Shown here: one piece after another, positions 6,991 through 16,813 of the stretch
Layout: each line of letters begins with the position of its first letter
Position numbering within the stretch: position 1 is the first letter of the stretch
IMG/VR virus record: IMGVR_UViG_3300048853_000015
Span: 1 to 48,796 of that record
Direction: 5' to 3' (one strand)
DNA from: a virus
Taxonomy: Duplodnaviria; Caudoviricetes
DNA: 48,796 nucleotides
Notes under the pieces: model-generated
Databases searched by the model: none
What the model saw: only the letters and a program-made list of their open reading frames with translations
Told to the model about the DNA's origin: nothing
Made by a program: the position numbers and the translations under genes

Positions 6991-9567
6991 TTATCCAAAG
7001 AACGCATACCTGTACATCATCGTGCCGCCGGTTCTGTTCTCAACTCTCAGGTTGCCGGCGATGACGCCAACGGTCGTTCGCCCATCTGTTCCGGTGGTGC
7101 CGGTTACGTCGGTGCTGACCGCCGCAAAGCTGGCGCCGTTCGCGTTCACCTTCTCGCAGGCCACCGTGCTCCCCGCGTCATAGCAAACAACACCAGAGAC
7201 GACGACATTCGGGAACAGGCTGTCTTCGGTGGTCCCTACCGCCATCAAGCTGCAGAACCCTGCGTTTTTTGGCGTCGGGAGGCTAACGACTGCATCGTCG
7301 CCAACCGTGATGTAGCCGGAGAAGTACGAGTTAGCCTGCATCTCGCTGCTGCCGGCTGTATCCACAGACCCGGCCAGCTTCCAGAGCTGGCCGGGGTTGA
7401 CTTTCCTGTCTCCAGCGAAAATCGCCTGCCCACTGTTCAGGTATGCTTGAATGTCAACCCGCTCTGAACGCGGGGTTCCAGAGCTGCGGAAGGCGACATC
7501 GCTCGCGAACACCGTGGCCCGAATGCTGTGACCCCGCGTGCTGAACGAAGCTTTGCGATAGATCGCACTCGACGGGAGGCCATCCCCTGCCGTTCCGATA
7601 AACTCGTTCGCGGTAACATCGATGTCGATGAAGTTAGCGCCGCCATCAATAACGATGCCATGGCCTGGTACGTTGTCGCCTGTGATCTGTCCACGCAGCG
7701 TTAGGTAACGCGCGGCTGCGCCAATCTCAATCAGGTTCCTCGGCGTCGTGGCGGCCGTGTCCTTATGATACGGCTTCGTCGTGATAAGCCAACCGACGTC
7801 ATCGTTGCCCGCGCTCTGGAAATCCAGCGAGGGCTGCGTGTCACCGTTGTAGCCGCCAGTTCTGTGCAGTTCGAGGTTATTGATAACACCGTAAGTGGTC
7901 CCGAGAATGCGCATGCCACCATAACGGCACGTCTCAACCATCAGCAGATCAACGTTGAAACGACCAGTGTTGAATGCAACGCCGCGCCCGACAAAGTTGC
8001 CGTAACTGTGAATTTTGCTGATCTCGGCCCCGGTGTCGAAAACTACGCCATCCGTGTACCCGCCGTTCGTGCCGCCATAGGTTGGCGAAGATACAAGGCC
8101 TGTGTCCTGCTCGCTGGCGATGCGGGCGCCGGCATTCGTCTGCATGACCCACTCGATTGGGACATCAGACGGACCCTTCCAGATCAGACCTTCGTACTTC
8201 GTCGCCTGAATTTCCAGTCTGATTTTTGCCTGGCGCACATAATCAAGGTCGAGATTTCCGTTGCCGGTTGAACTTTCGCACCAGACGCCGACGCCGGGAA
8301 TGTTCTGGACGGTGGTGTCTAGGTGGATCTTGTGCGCGTAAATCTCGATGCCGTTGCCGCCGTTCTGGTTCTCGTAGGCGGTGAAGGCGTTGTTCATGTA
8401 GCGGCCATCGATCCTGCCGCCAGAGAGGCCGATATAGCGTGGGTACGCGGCCAGTGGGTTGGTGGTGCCGGTATAAGTCGCGAAATTCTCGCTTCGCACC
8501 ATCGTTCCGACGAAGCCGTTTGCTCGCTTCAACACGGCATTAGGCGAGAGAAAAAGATGCACGCCGTCGCGCAGCGTGACAGTGGCGTTGACGGTCCAGT
8601 CTCCACCATTGAGCATGGCGCCATAGCCGCCGCCCATGATCTTCGCCACGGTTGACGCTGCGTTTATTGCTGCGGAATCGGTCCCGCCGAACCACTTCGG
8701 GAGAATGTAGCCAGTGACCACACGCACCCACGCGCCAACCGTCGAGTCTATCCCGTCGGCCTTGACGTAAACGCCTTCAGACGTGTCAGCGGCGATCTGC
8801 GCGGAGAAGTCTCCCGTCGTCCATTTGAACAGCCCTTCGCGACCCGGTTCGCGCAGAAAAGCAAGCGTAGTGGCTACGGTGTTCAGAGCCTTCAGCGCTG
8901 TGCGGTCGTCAATGTTTCGGATATTCACGCTTGCCGCGGCGGCTTCGGCGGCCGCCTGCGCGGCCTCGGCGGCGGCGACCACAGCCGCGCTCGCCTGATC
9001 GCTCACCAGCCTGAACGTCGAGCCCGAGACGATGCCTATGACGATCATGCCGGCAGTCAGACCGCCCGCCGCGACGTCATTGCCGCTGTTCGTCTTGATC
9101 GTGAGGGAAGTCCCGCCGTTGAAGGATACGGTTACTGGGGAGGCCGTGTTCGCCTCAAAAACGTTCATCCAGATCAGCGCAGACGCACTGACTGGAATGC
9201 TCGTCGTTGCCTGAATGGCGTTCGGCGTGCCCGCACCCACGTCCGAAGCGATGATGAAGCTGAACGGGAGATCCGCAACGCGCGTCCACGAACCTGTGCC
9301 GGAGGCACCAATCTTCCGATAGATGCCGTTATTGGCTACCGTCGCGTCACCGATAACCCACGCCGAAGAGTTTGGACCGTGGGCCAAGTCGGCGTCCATA
9401 GCCGCCTTGCTGGAATAGATCAGTCCGCCGTTCGACAGAAAGGCGTTAATGGTGGACTCGTATTCGCCCAGCAGTTGCCGAACGTCTGACTTCTTGACTT
9501 TGTGGCTGCCGGAGGCCGGTACGCCATCAGCTTCATAATCGCGAAACACGGTTGCTGCGGTCGCCAT
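6991..9567 (-). CDS. Tail spike / receptor-binding protein with a predicted beta-helix (depolymerase-like)
   Basis: Last tail gene; N-terminal anchor, AAAEAAQAAAEAAA linker, PKWFGG..DSAAINAA motif typical of beta-helix starts; SD GGAG. Confidence 0.8.
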   Translation of the reverse strand: MATAATVFRDYEADGVPASGSHKVKKSDVRQLLGEYESTINAFLSNGGLIYSSKAAMDADLAHGPNSSAWVIGDATVANNGIYRKIGASGTGSWTRVADLPFSFIIASDVGAGTPNAIQATTSIPVSASALIWMNVFEANTASPVTVSFNGGTSLTIKTNSGNDVAAGGLTAGMIVIGIVSGSTFRLVSDQASAAVVAAAEAAQAAAEAAAASVNIRNIDDRTALKALNTVATTLAFLREPGREGLFKWTTGDFSAQIAADTSEGVYVKADGIDSTVGAWVRVVTGYILPKWFGGTDSAAINAASTVAKIMGGGYGAMLNGGDWTVNATVTLRDGVHLFLSPNAVLKRANGFVGTMVRSENFATYTGTTNPLAAYPRYIGLSGGRIDGRYMNNAFTAYENQNGGNGIEIYAHKIHLDTTVQNIPGVGVWCESSTGNGNLDLDYVRQAKIRLEIQATKYEGLIWKGPSDVPIEWVMQTNAGARIASEQDTGLVSSPTYGGTNGGYTDGVVFDTGAEISKIHSYGNFVGRGVAFNTGRFNVDLLMVETCRYGGMRILGTTYGVINNLELHRTGGYNGDTQPSLDFQSAGNDDVGWLITTKPYHKDTAATTPRNLIEIGAAARYLTLRGQITGDNVPGHGIVIDGGANFIDIDVTANEFIGTAGDGLPSSAIYRKASFSTRGHSIRATVFASDVAFRSSGTPRSERVDIQAYLNSGQAIFAGDRKVNPGQLWKLAGSVDTAGSSEMQANSYFSGYITVGDDAVVSLPTPKNAGFCSLMAVGTTEDSLFPNVVVSGVVCYDAGSTVACEKVNANGASFAAVSTDVTGTTGTDGRTTVGVIAGNLRVENRTGGTMMYRYAFFG

Positions 9568-9578
9568 GTCTTCTCCAT

Positions 9579-9608
9579 AAAAAGAAAGCCCCGGCGCTAG
9601 CCAGGGCT
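9579..9608 (-). terminator. Terminator-like hairpin before the tail spike gene
   Basis: AGCCCTGGC-TAGC-GCCGGGGCT then TTCTTTTT on the minus strand. Confidence 0.6.
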
Positions 9609-9632
9609 GAAAACTCAATTGTTGTTGCTATT

Positions 9633-9661
9633 TCAGGCCGTTACGTCAGGCCGTTACGTCA
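9633..9661. repeat. 13-bp tandem duplication TCAGGCCGTTACG
   Basis: Two exact copies plus TCA, spanning the tail-tip gene stop. Confidence 0.85.
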
Positions 9662-11765
9662 CGACGAAGCTACCCGTCGCGACCGCCGTACCCGGAACGC
9701 CAGACGGGTTGATCGACCGGAGCCAGCCGTAATAGGTGCCCGCCGCCAGTGACGTGACGACGCGAAGGTCGGTCGCGCTCGGCGGCCCGTATTCGGTCGC
9801 TGCGAGCGTCGCTGTTCCCAAGTCGTTCGTCGTGTTGATGTAGATGCGGCAGGCGTAGTAGTTGGCGCTGTTCGGCGCGGCCCATTGGAAGGCCGCCTCG
9901 GCTGGTGTCGACACATCCACGCTGACAGCAGTGACAGGATCAGGCGCCACCGGATCAGCCGTAGCCGTCAGGAAGATGTAATCCGTCCATTCGGACTTCG
10001 TGCCGCCGCCCCATGCCCGCAGGCGCACCTTGTATTCTTCGCCGTCGACCAGATAGCCCGAGCGCACCTGTGTCGCGCCGGCCTCCGAGAACACCGACTG
10101 CACGCCCGTCGATCCGCTGGTGCGGTCGTATTCGAGTTCGTACGTCAGCGTGTCGTCTACGAAATCCCATGTGGCCAGAATAAAGGCGGCTGTTGCTCCG
10201 CCCGAGACCACTTCCGTTTGTATCGATGCCGCGAAATCGACGGGCACCGGGACGCCCTCATCGGGCAATGGCTCGACGGCCTCGCCTGGCTCGCCCTCCT
10301 CCATCGCCGCATTGAAGCTGTAGAGCGACGAAGACACGATGATGCCCGAGAACGAAACCCGCATGTTGCGGAGATCGATCGTCACGCTCGATGTGATTTC
10401 GATCGTCGCCTCGGCCAGCCCGCGCGACGGGTAGTGAACTGTCACGAAGCGGCGATAGGCCAAATCGCGCACGCCCTCGGCGGTATAGTCGGCGACCACG
10501 GCCACCTTGCGGGCATTGGCCCGAATGAAAATCAGCTTCTGCTTGCGCTGACAGTGGTTGTGGCTCTGGATGGCCGCATTCTCGAAAGTCCGCGTGCGCT
10601 CCGTGTTGTCGTCGACAACGGCATACGGGTCGCCGTAGATCGCGGCGTCTTCCGTGATGTAATCCTTCGCCGTGTTGACGTACCGGCCGCGGACGCCGAG
10701 CACCGTGTTTGCCCGGCGCTTGTTCTTGTCCACGCGGATGCTGAAGATGCTCTCGGCATCCAGACGGACATCGGGCGTCACGAACTCGCCGGCATGAACG
10801 CCGATCTTTCCGTCTGCCCGCTCATAGACGACCATCTCGGCCGCCTCGTCCATGATGCGCCCGACCTCGATCGGATCGTTGCTGGCGCGGAACCAGAAGC
10901 CGCCGTGATAGCGCTTCTCAGTGCCGCCGCTGCGGTTCGTCACGTTCTGGTCGCAGACGTTCGCGGCATTCGCCCAGTCGGGCAGATACATGTTCTCGTA
11001 GGCCATCTTCCCGCCGACCGGATGGCAGAGGTGCCAGAGACGCATCAGAGCCAGGTTGCTAGAGAACTCCCAGGTGTTCGGGTTGTTGTAGCGGTGCGAG
11101 CCGGAGCCGCCCTGCGTGCTGTCCTTGCGCGGATCGTAGAGAAGCGCGCCGTCGCCTACCGCGGAATGCTCCGGCATCTGGTTAGGATAGACATCGAGGA
11201 ATTCCTTCTGATCGACCGTCCGGCACCGCATCAGGACAGAGGCCAGACCGTCACCGCGGCAGTTGTTGTCCCAGATTGTCGGGAACGCCGTGACAACTTG
11301 CGAGTAGGCAGTTTCGGCATTCAGCCCGAGGCGCGTATTGATGTGAACGTAGCTCACCCCATCCTTGTCGTAGTGGCCCGGCTCGGTCACGCCGCCGTCA
11401 ACGTTGAGTGTCGCCGGGTCGTCATGCAGGTAGTGCCGCACAAACTGGTGGATGCGATGCCCGGCCCAGACAATGATGTGGTAGGCCGTGCCATTCTTCT
11501 CCTCGAGGAAGACGTAATCGCCGCCCTTCTTGGTCCTTCCGAGGACGTAGGGGAGCGACGGCACGCTCTGCTTGAGATTGTAGCTGCCGTCATCCGGCTT
11601 TGGCACTTCCGGCTTGGATGCGAATGCGCCCTGAATGAAAGATGCGCCGAGCGCCAAGCCAGCAGACAGCGCGGCATAGGTGCCAAGATACAGAGCATTT
11701 GCCGCAAAGGTCGTGGTCGCCAGAGACGACACGATAAGCGCGATGCTATCGATGATGCCGGGCAT
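9654..11765 (-). CDS. Tail tip / central fibre protein with C-terminal FN3-like domains
   Basis: 703 aa; LYDPRKDST..G.G..R..NPNTW motif; YKVRLRAW and YYGWLRSI beta-sandwich ends. Confidence 0.8.
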   Translation of the reverse strand: MPGIIDSIALIVSSLATTTFAANALYLGTYAALSAGLALGASFIQGAFASKPEVPKPDDGSYNLKQSVPSLPYVLGRTKKGGDYVFLEEKNGTAYHIIVWAGHRIHQFVRHYLHDDPATLNVDGGVTEPGHYDKDGVSYVHINTRLGLNAETAYSQVVTAFPTIWDNNCRGDGLASVLMRCRTVDQKEFLDVYPNQMPEHSAVGDGALLYDPRKDSTQGGSGSHRYNNPNTWEFSSNLALMRLWHLCHPVGGKMAYENMYLPDWANAANVCDQNVTNRSGGTEKRYHGGFWFRASNDPIEVGRIMDEAAEMVVYERADGKIGVHAGEFVTPDVRLDAESIFSIRVDKNKRRANTVLGVRGRYVNTAKDYITEDAAIYGDPYAVVDDNTERTRTFENAAIQSHNHCQRKQKLIFIRANARKVAVVADYTAEGVRDLAYRRFVTVHYPSRGLAEATIEITSSVTIDLRNMRVSFSGIIVSSSLYSFNAAMEEGEPGEAVEPLPDEGVPVPVDFAASIQTEVVSGGATAAFILATWDFVDDTLTYELEYDRTSGSTGVQSVFSEAGATQVRSGYLVDGEEYKVRLRAWGGGTKSEWTDYIFLTATADPVAPDPVTAVSVDVSTPAEAAFQWAAPNSANYYACRIYINTTNDLGTATLAATEYGPPSATDLRVVTSLAAGTYYGWLRSINPSGVPGTAVATGSFVVT

Positions 11766-12161
11766 TCAGATTTCCCAAGCTGCGAGGGTTTTCGCGGTCA
11801 TGCGACCGATGCCGCCTTGCATGCGGACAAGCCAGCCGTCGCCATCATGGATGGCGCCGAACTGCCGATGAATGTTGTTGCTGCTGCCGATGACGCCGAC
11901 AGCGCCACACAGGGGCCGCTGCACGCGCTTTCCGCCGATTGCCGCCACACAGGAGCCCACCAGCACTGAAACGCTTCCCTGCCCTTCTATGATGGCGCGG
12001 AATCCGTCTTCGCTATCGTAGGCCCCGCGCAGATGCTGCGCCGGGTCACGATGGCCCAGCCAGATCGCCCAAGAGGCGAGGAACAGGCAGCAATCGACTT
12101 GTCCCGGTCGCCATGGCTTTTCAGCATAGGCGGCGAGGAATTGCTCGAGCGTCTGTTCCAT
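11766..12161 (-). CDS. Tail assembly protein, NlpC/P60-like (DUF6950 type)
   Basis: PWRPGQVDCCLFLASW motif; sits before the tail tip gene. Confidence 0.7.
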   Translation of the reverse strand: MEQTLEQFLAAYAEKPWRPGQVDCCLFLASWAIWLGHRDPAQHLRGAYDSEDGFRAIIEGQGSVSVLVGSCVAAIGGKRVQRPLCGAVGVIGSSNNIHRQFGAIHDGDGWLVRMQGGIGRMTAKTLAAWEI

Positions 12162-12737
12162 TTACCAGTTGGGCCATTTTATTGTTTGGTCACGCATCAG
12201 AGGGACGCGCTTGCAGAACTCGTCATCCGGCGCCGATGGGTTCAGCAGTTCCGACCTTGCACGCTGGTCGACATCCGACAGAACAGCGCCGTTCGTGACC
12301 GTGCGCAGAGTGAACCGGTTCGTCACCTCAAGATTGACCATGGAGCGGATGCTGTTGTTGCCGCTGTCCTCGTCGACCACATCCAGATTGTCGATGTCGC
12401 CGGTGAAAACGATGATCGGATCCCCGTCTGGCTGCTCGTCCTCATCGAGGATTTGCAGTTTGACGATGAACGGGGAACCTTGAACCGAGGTCTCCTCGTC
12501 GTATTCCCAGATGCTATCGGCCACCGACTGGCTGACCGAAATCAGCGATAGCGCAAGCGTGTAGGCCTCCCCGTTGATAGCCGCCTCAACCGACTGGAGC
12601 GCGTCTTCCGTGAATTGCGCCGGCCGGTACATGTTGCCGTCGCCGTCGATGAACGGGCCGCCCGATCCATCCCACACGCGGATTGTGGCCTCCGGCAACA
12701 TCACGTCGCAGAGGATTCGCAGCGATTTGATCGACAT
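12162..12737 (-). CDS. Tail hub / minor tail protein
   Basis: Synteny; SDVDQRARS...DEFCKRV motif. Confidence 0.7.
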   Translation of the reverse strand: MSIKSLRILCDVMLPEATIRVWDGSGGPFIDGDGNMYRPAQFTEDALQSVEAAINGEAYTLALSLISVSQSVADSIWEYDEETSVQGSPFIVKLQILDEDEQPDGDPIIVFTGDIDNLDVVDEDSGNNSIRSMVNLEVTNRFTLRTVTNGAVLSDVDQRARSELLNPSAPDDEFCKRVPLMRDQTIKWPNW

Positions 12738-12743
12738 GGTGCC

Positions 12744-13451
12744 TCAGAGATTTGCCCAGTAGTCGACCGCCTCGACGAAGCTCACCGAAGGCAGCGAAAA
12801 CTTGGAAACGGCGTTCTGGTCGATGTCCATGCCGCGGTCCTCGACGAGATGGCAAAGACACGTCGGCTCATCGAATTCCAGATCGGCGCCGGCGGGGATC
12901 AGCTCGCGCACGGAAGGCGAGATCGGCACAGTCCAAATGTCGCCATCGATCGAAATGACCGGGCCCGTCTCGTAGAGCGCGTGGTGATAGGAGAACCGAA
13001 CGCCGACGAGGTTTGCGGCCGCGTTGATGATGCGCAGCCGGATGGATGTTGCACCCACCGCCGTCACGCCATCGGTCACGACCGAAACCGCGCCTTGCGT
13101 GTAGGGCGTGCCGTCCGAAAACGGCGTCTCGTCGCTGTGCTCGGTCTCGATCACCGGCTCGAATTGACCGGACACATACGGCGCCGAGAGAGACGACCGC
13201 ACGCGAACGGCAATAAGCCCCGGCCGCCCGCCGAGCTTCTGGCGAATGGCCTGCCAGGTCTGCCATTGATCCCGGCGCTTGTTGGTGAGGACGATGTTTG
13301 CATAGTCGATCGCCCAGAAGCCGAGATCCGTCCGAGTGGATGGCTCGACACCGCCGAGCGTCCGCCCGCCGGAGCGGGAGAACGGCACAAGGTTGGCGCT
13401 TGCCGTCTGCGGCCGCAGGACGCAAAGAGGCCATTGGATGATTTCAGCCAT
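12744..13451 (-). CDS. Distal tail protein
   Basis: Directly follows the tape measure with a TGATG overlap. Confidence 0.7.
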   Translation of the reverse strand: MAEIIQWPLCVLRPQTASANLVPFSRSGGRTLGGVEPSTRTDLGFWAIDYANIVLTNKRRDQWQTWQAIRQKLGGRPGLIAVRVRSSLSAPYVSGQFEPVIETEHSDETPFSDGTPYTQGAVSVVTDGVTAVGATSIRLRIINAAANLVGVRFSYHHALYETGPVISIDGDIWTVPISPSVRELIPAGADLEFDEPTCLCHLVEDRGMDIDQNAVSKFSLPSVSFVEAVDYWANL

Positions 13452-15721
13452 CAGCGCCACTCCGCCCCTGCCTTCTGTTGCTGGTGCTTCGCCATCGTCG
13501 GAACGACCTGCTGGTTTGCGGCCGCAACGATCTTCGGGCTGGCCGAGGCGACCGTCTGCTGACTTACGGATTCGACGAATGGCAGAAGGTTGCCGTTGTT
13601 GTCAGCCGCCACGCCTACGGTGACGTGCACTTGTTGAGCGCCGCCCATCTTCGTGCCCTTCGGGAGGACAACTTCGCCCCTCTGAAGGATCGCAGGTACT
13701 TCGCCAGGCTGCAGCCCGGCAATGCCCCCGGAGTGATACCGCTTGGCGCCGGCGAAGACGGAAGGCGAAACTGCGCGCTGCGGCGCTGGCCCGCCGACGA
13801 CACCGCCCTTGTGGAAGATGGCGCCCAATATGCCCCCGAGAAACCCGCCGCCACCGCCGCCAAAGAGGCCACCCGCGCCGCCGCCGATCGACGGCATGCT
13901 GATCAACTGCTGCACAATCTGCATCACTATCTGCAGAAGCTCTTTTCCTTCGAGCTTGCCGTCTGCAAGCGCATTGGCGAGGCCCTGGAATGCTGTCTGT
14001 GCCACTTGGCCGAAGTCCTGATATGCCTGCGATTGCTGCTGGACTTCCTGCGTGTGCGCTTCGGTCGGCGTGCGCAACCCGGCCCATGCATCATTCAACT
14101 GATGGACGGCTGCCGTTTCGCCCTGCACCGCCTGCGTTCGCCGCTGCGCATAGGCAATCACGTCATCCACCGTAGCGCCGCCGCCTAGAATGGACTGGTT
14201 CGCATTGATCGCGCCGGGGCTCAACACCTGGCTGACGGGCGTTCCGCTCTTGGCCGTCAGAACACTGATTGCACCCTGAGGCCCGAGGAAGTGTGCCAAC
14301 TGCAAGGCCGCTTCGTTTACCGAGACACCCGCCTGCCGCAAGATGCCGGCATTCTCTCGAGCATATGCCTCGATCAGCGAACGGCTGATTTCCGCATCAT
14401 TGCGCAGCGCCAGGATCGTAGCATCTGCCATGCTTTGCGCGCGATCGGGGAAGTGCTGCTTGAACAAGCGGAGCCATGTGCTCTCGATGAACTGGCCGAC
14501 GCCGGTCGCCGAGGAGTTCGGGTTTTTGGCATTGGCGATGCCGCCGCTCTCAGCCTTCACCACGTTGTTGACGTATTTGCCAACCGCGTCGTTTAGGCCA
14601 TCGAAGGAGTCTGCCGCCTTGCCGGCCGACTCCGCCGCCCTCTCCTGCGCCCGCGCATTCATCGCCTCGGCTTCGTTCAGGAAGCGACCTCCTCCGGAGA
14701 ATATCGGCGACAACTGCCCCAGATTGCCCGGAAGGCTACGCTGCATCTCTTCAACGCGCCGCGCCTGGATGGCGGCCTCTGCCTGCTTCCGTGCCTCCTC
14801 TGCCTGCTTCGCGTATTCGGCGAAAGCCTGTGCGATACCGTGGATTTGTCCCGCGAACGCCTGAGCGCTGGAAACGCCGCTATTCAGCCATTCATTGATC
14901 AAAGCGGCGGTGAGCTCTTGCGTCTCCTTGGTCGAGTCCTTGCCGCTGTCGATCGCCGTCTTCACGGCATTGAAGGCGTCCTGAATTCTCAGGATGCTTT
15001 CTTCCTCAGCGCCCGCCGCGCGCAAGTCGGCAACAACATCCGTGATGTCGACGCTCAGCCCCTTAACCTGCTCCCGAGCCTGCTTGAATATCTCGTCAAT
15101 GTGCAGATCAGTGGCTTCGCGCAACTGCGCGACGTTCTGCGCTTCCTTCGCTGCCTCGGCATAAGCCTTGAGCGCGGGGACCGCGTCACCCCATTCCTTC
15201 GTCACTGCGGCGATCAGATCGGCATGAGCCTTCAGCGCCTTGTCCGAAGTCTTGGCGCCATCTTCGACGCTCGTGAAATACTGGACCGCGTAGCCGGCGA
15301 CGCCAATCAGAGCGAACGAGGCCAAGGAAACCGGATTGACCATCTGGGCGAACGCGCCGCCCAGTGTCTTGACCGCCCCGACCAAGCCGCCGCTGCCCTG
15401 GAGCGCCTGCGAAACCTGACTGCCCTGCTGCACCATGACGGTGAAAGGCGATGTTCCCGATGCGAGCTGCACGCCGATATCATTCAGCTGCGCCGAAAGG
15501 TTCGCCACCGCCGCACGCTGCCCGCCGATTGAGCGCTCAACCGCCTTGCCGGAGCGACCGAAGCCGCTGGCTACGTTGTCGTTCGCCTTCTTGAAGTTGT
15601 CCTCGACGTATTTGGCGGCGTCAGCCGACTGCTTCGCAACAGCAGCCATTTGCTTCGCAAAGGTGCGCTGGTTCGCCTCGATCGAGACGAGCAACCGAGC
15701 CTGGTCTTCTGCTGTTGCCAT
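13451..15721 (-). CDS. Tape measure protein with an internal lytic-transglycosylase-like domain
   Basis: QLNDIGVQLASGTSPFTVMVQQGSQ; AESGG...SSATGVGQFIESTW; C-terminal FHKGGVVG and GEVPAILQRGEVVLP. Confidence 0.9.
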   Translation of the reverse strand: MATAEDQARLLVSIEANQRTFAKQMAAVAKQSADAAKYVEDNFKKANDNVASGFGRSGKAVERSIGGQRAAVANLSAQLNDIGVQLASGTSPFTVMVQQGSQVSQALQGSGGLVGAVKTLGGAFAQMVNPVSLASFALIGVAGYAVQYFTSVEDGAKTSDKALKAHADLIAAVTKEWGDAVPALKAYAEAAKEAQNVAQLREATDLHIDEIFKQAREQVKGLSVDITDVVADLRAAGAEEESILRIQDAFNAVKTAIDSGKDSTKETQELTAALINEWLNSGVSSAQAFAGQIHGIAQAFAEYAKQAEEARKQAEAAIQARRVEEMQRSLPGNLGQLSPIFSGGGRFLNEAEAMNARAQERAAESAGKAADSFDGLNDAVGKYVNNVVKAESGGIANAKNPNSSATGVGQFIESTWLRLFKQHFPDRAQSMADATILALRNDAEISRSLIEAYARENAGILRQAGVSVNEAALQLAHFLGPQGAISVLTAKSGTPVSQVLSPGAINANQSILGGGATVDDVIAYAQRRTQAVQGETAAVHQLNDAWAGLRTPTEAHTQEVQQQSQAYQDFGQVAQTAFQGLANALADGKLEGKELLQIVMQIVQQLISMPSIGGGAGGLFGGGGGGFLGGILGAIFHKGGVVGGPAPQRAVSPSVFAGAKRYHSGGIAGLQPGEVPAILQRGEVVLPKGTKMGGAQQVHVTVGVAADNNGNLLPFVESVSQQTVASASPKIVAAANQQVVPTMAKHQQQKAGAEWR

Positions 15722-15725
15722 TTAC

Positions 15726-15971
15726 CTAAAACCCCACTACGCCGAGATCGGCCAGTTTGCTGTCATCCATGGCGGGTGCCGGCGCTTCCTCTGCCTGGTG
15801 CGCTTCCTTCCACCCTTCGGTGCAGTGGGCGAACTCCCAGAGCGTCATGTCGTCGATATCGCGAGGCGTGAACCCTAGAACGGCTCCCGCTCGGTAGTAG
15901 CTTGACCATCGGGTTTTGCCGTTTGGGAGGGGAGCGGGTCCGGGCTTTCCGTTCCCGCCTGATGCTCCCCC
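15726..15971 (-). CDS. Tail assembly chaperone extension (gpT-like), probably reached by -1 frameshift
   Basis: GAVLGFTPRDIDDMTLWEF lies in the -1 frame downstream of GGGGGAG (15965-15971). Confidence 0.6.
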   Translation of the reverse strand, partial: GGASGGNGKPGPAPLPNGKTRWSSYYRAGAVLGFTPRDIDDMTLWEFAHCTEGWKEAHQAEEAPAPAMDDSKLADLGVVGF

Positions 15972-16285
15972 GGCGCATCCTCCTCGCCCCACATGATGAA
16001 GCGGCGCAGGACTTCAGCCGAGGTCACGGCGAGCGAATAGGGGCTTGCAAGAGCCGATACACGGTTGATCGTGGCTCTTGCCTCGCCCTCCGACATGCCC
16101 GCACCGATAAGCCCAAGCCGGATCGGCCCGAGAACGTCGTCGATCTTCCATTGCTGGCCGATGAGGCGCATGAAAACCACGGCCACGCCGGCATCGCTGG
16201 CTTGCTCGATCGCACGCAGCTCGCCGATCCCGAGCCGGAAGCGACTTTCGCCCCCGGCCCATACGATGGTTTCAGCTCCGCGCAT
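15875..16285 (-). CDS. Tail assembly chaperone (GTA gp10-like, gpG analogue)
   Basis: FRLGIGELRAIE and IRLGLIGAGM motifs; between tail tube and tape measure. Confidence 0.8.
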   Translation of the reverse strand: MRGAETIVWAGGESRFRLGIGELRAIEQASDAGVAVVFMRLIGQQWKIDDVLGPIRLGLIGAGMSEGEARATINRVSALASPYSLAVTSAEVLRRFIMWGEEDAPGEHQAGTESPDPLPSQTAKPDGQATTEREPF

Positions 16286-16737
16286 CAGGTGCCGCTCTCA
16301 GCCGCCGTGCGGGTCGGGATGCCGTCGAACTGGATTTCCAGTTCCGCCGTCACCTTGGCGCCGCGCTCTGCCGTGTTGTTCAGACTGACGAGATAGGCCG
16401 GTCCGGTCTCGTATTCGGTGTCACCGACTTCCGCCCGCAGATGGCCGATGCGGATGTTCTTGGTGGCGCCGGAATAGAACCAATCCATCATCGTGCCGTG
16501 GCTCTGGGCGGCCCAGACGCCTGTACCGGACACAGTGATTTCCTGCGACTGGACGGCGCGTTCCAAGGCGGACGGAAGCGACTCATCATCGCAATCCGGC
16601 ACTTCGGTCGTGCTCATGTTCGACGTGCGGCTGATCGTGCGGCCGGTCAATCCGCAGAGCTTGGCATAGACGCCGGGAGTGTCGGTTTCGACCTCCAGCA
16701 CCATTTCATGAAAGCTTTCGGTGGTCGCTCGAGCCAT
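16285..16737 (-). CDS. Tail tube (major tail) protein
   Basis: CGLT.RT...VPDCDD...VSGTGV motifs; SD GGAG. Confidence 0.85.
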   Translation of the reverse strand: MARATTESFHEMVLEVETDTPGVYAKLCGLTGRTISRTSNMSTTEVPDCDDESLPSALERAVQSQEITVSGTGVWAAQSHGTMMDWFYSGATKNIRIGHLRAEVGDTEYETGPAYLVSLNNTAERGAKVTAELEIQFDGIPTRTAAESGT

Positions 16738-16813
16738 TTGACTTCTCCATGTGAAAACGGGCCGGATACGATCCAGCCAATGAGGGCTTGCGGCCCGGTT
16801 TCGGTGACGGGCG

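Noticed and set aside
9885-11969. 694-aa plus-strand ORF
   Set aside because: Antisense shadow of the GC-rich tail-tip gene; no motifs.
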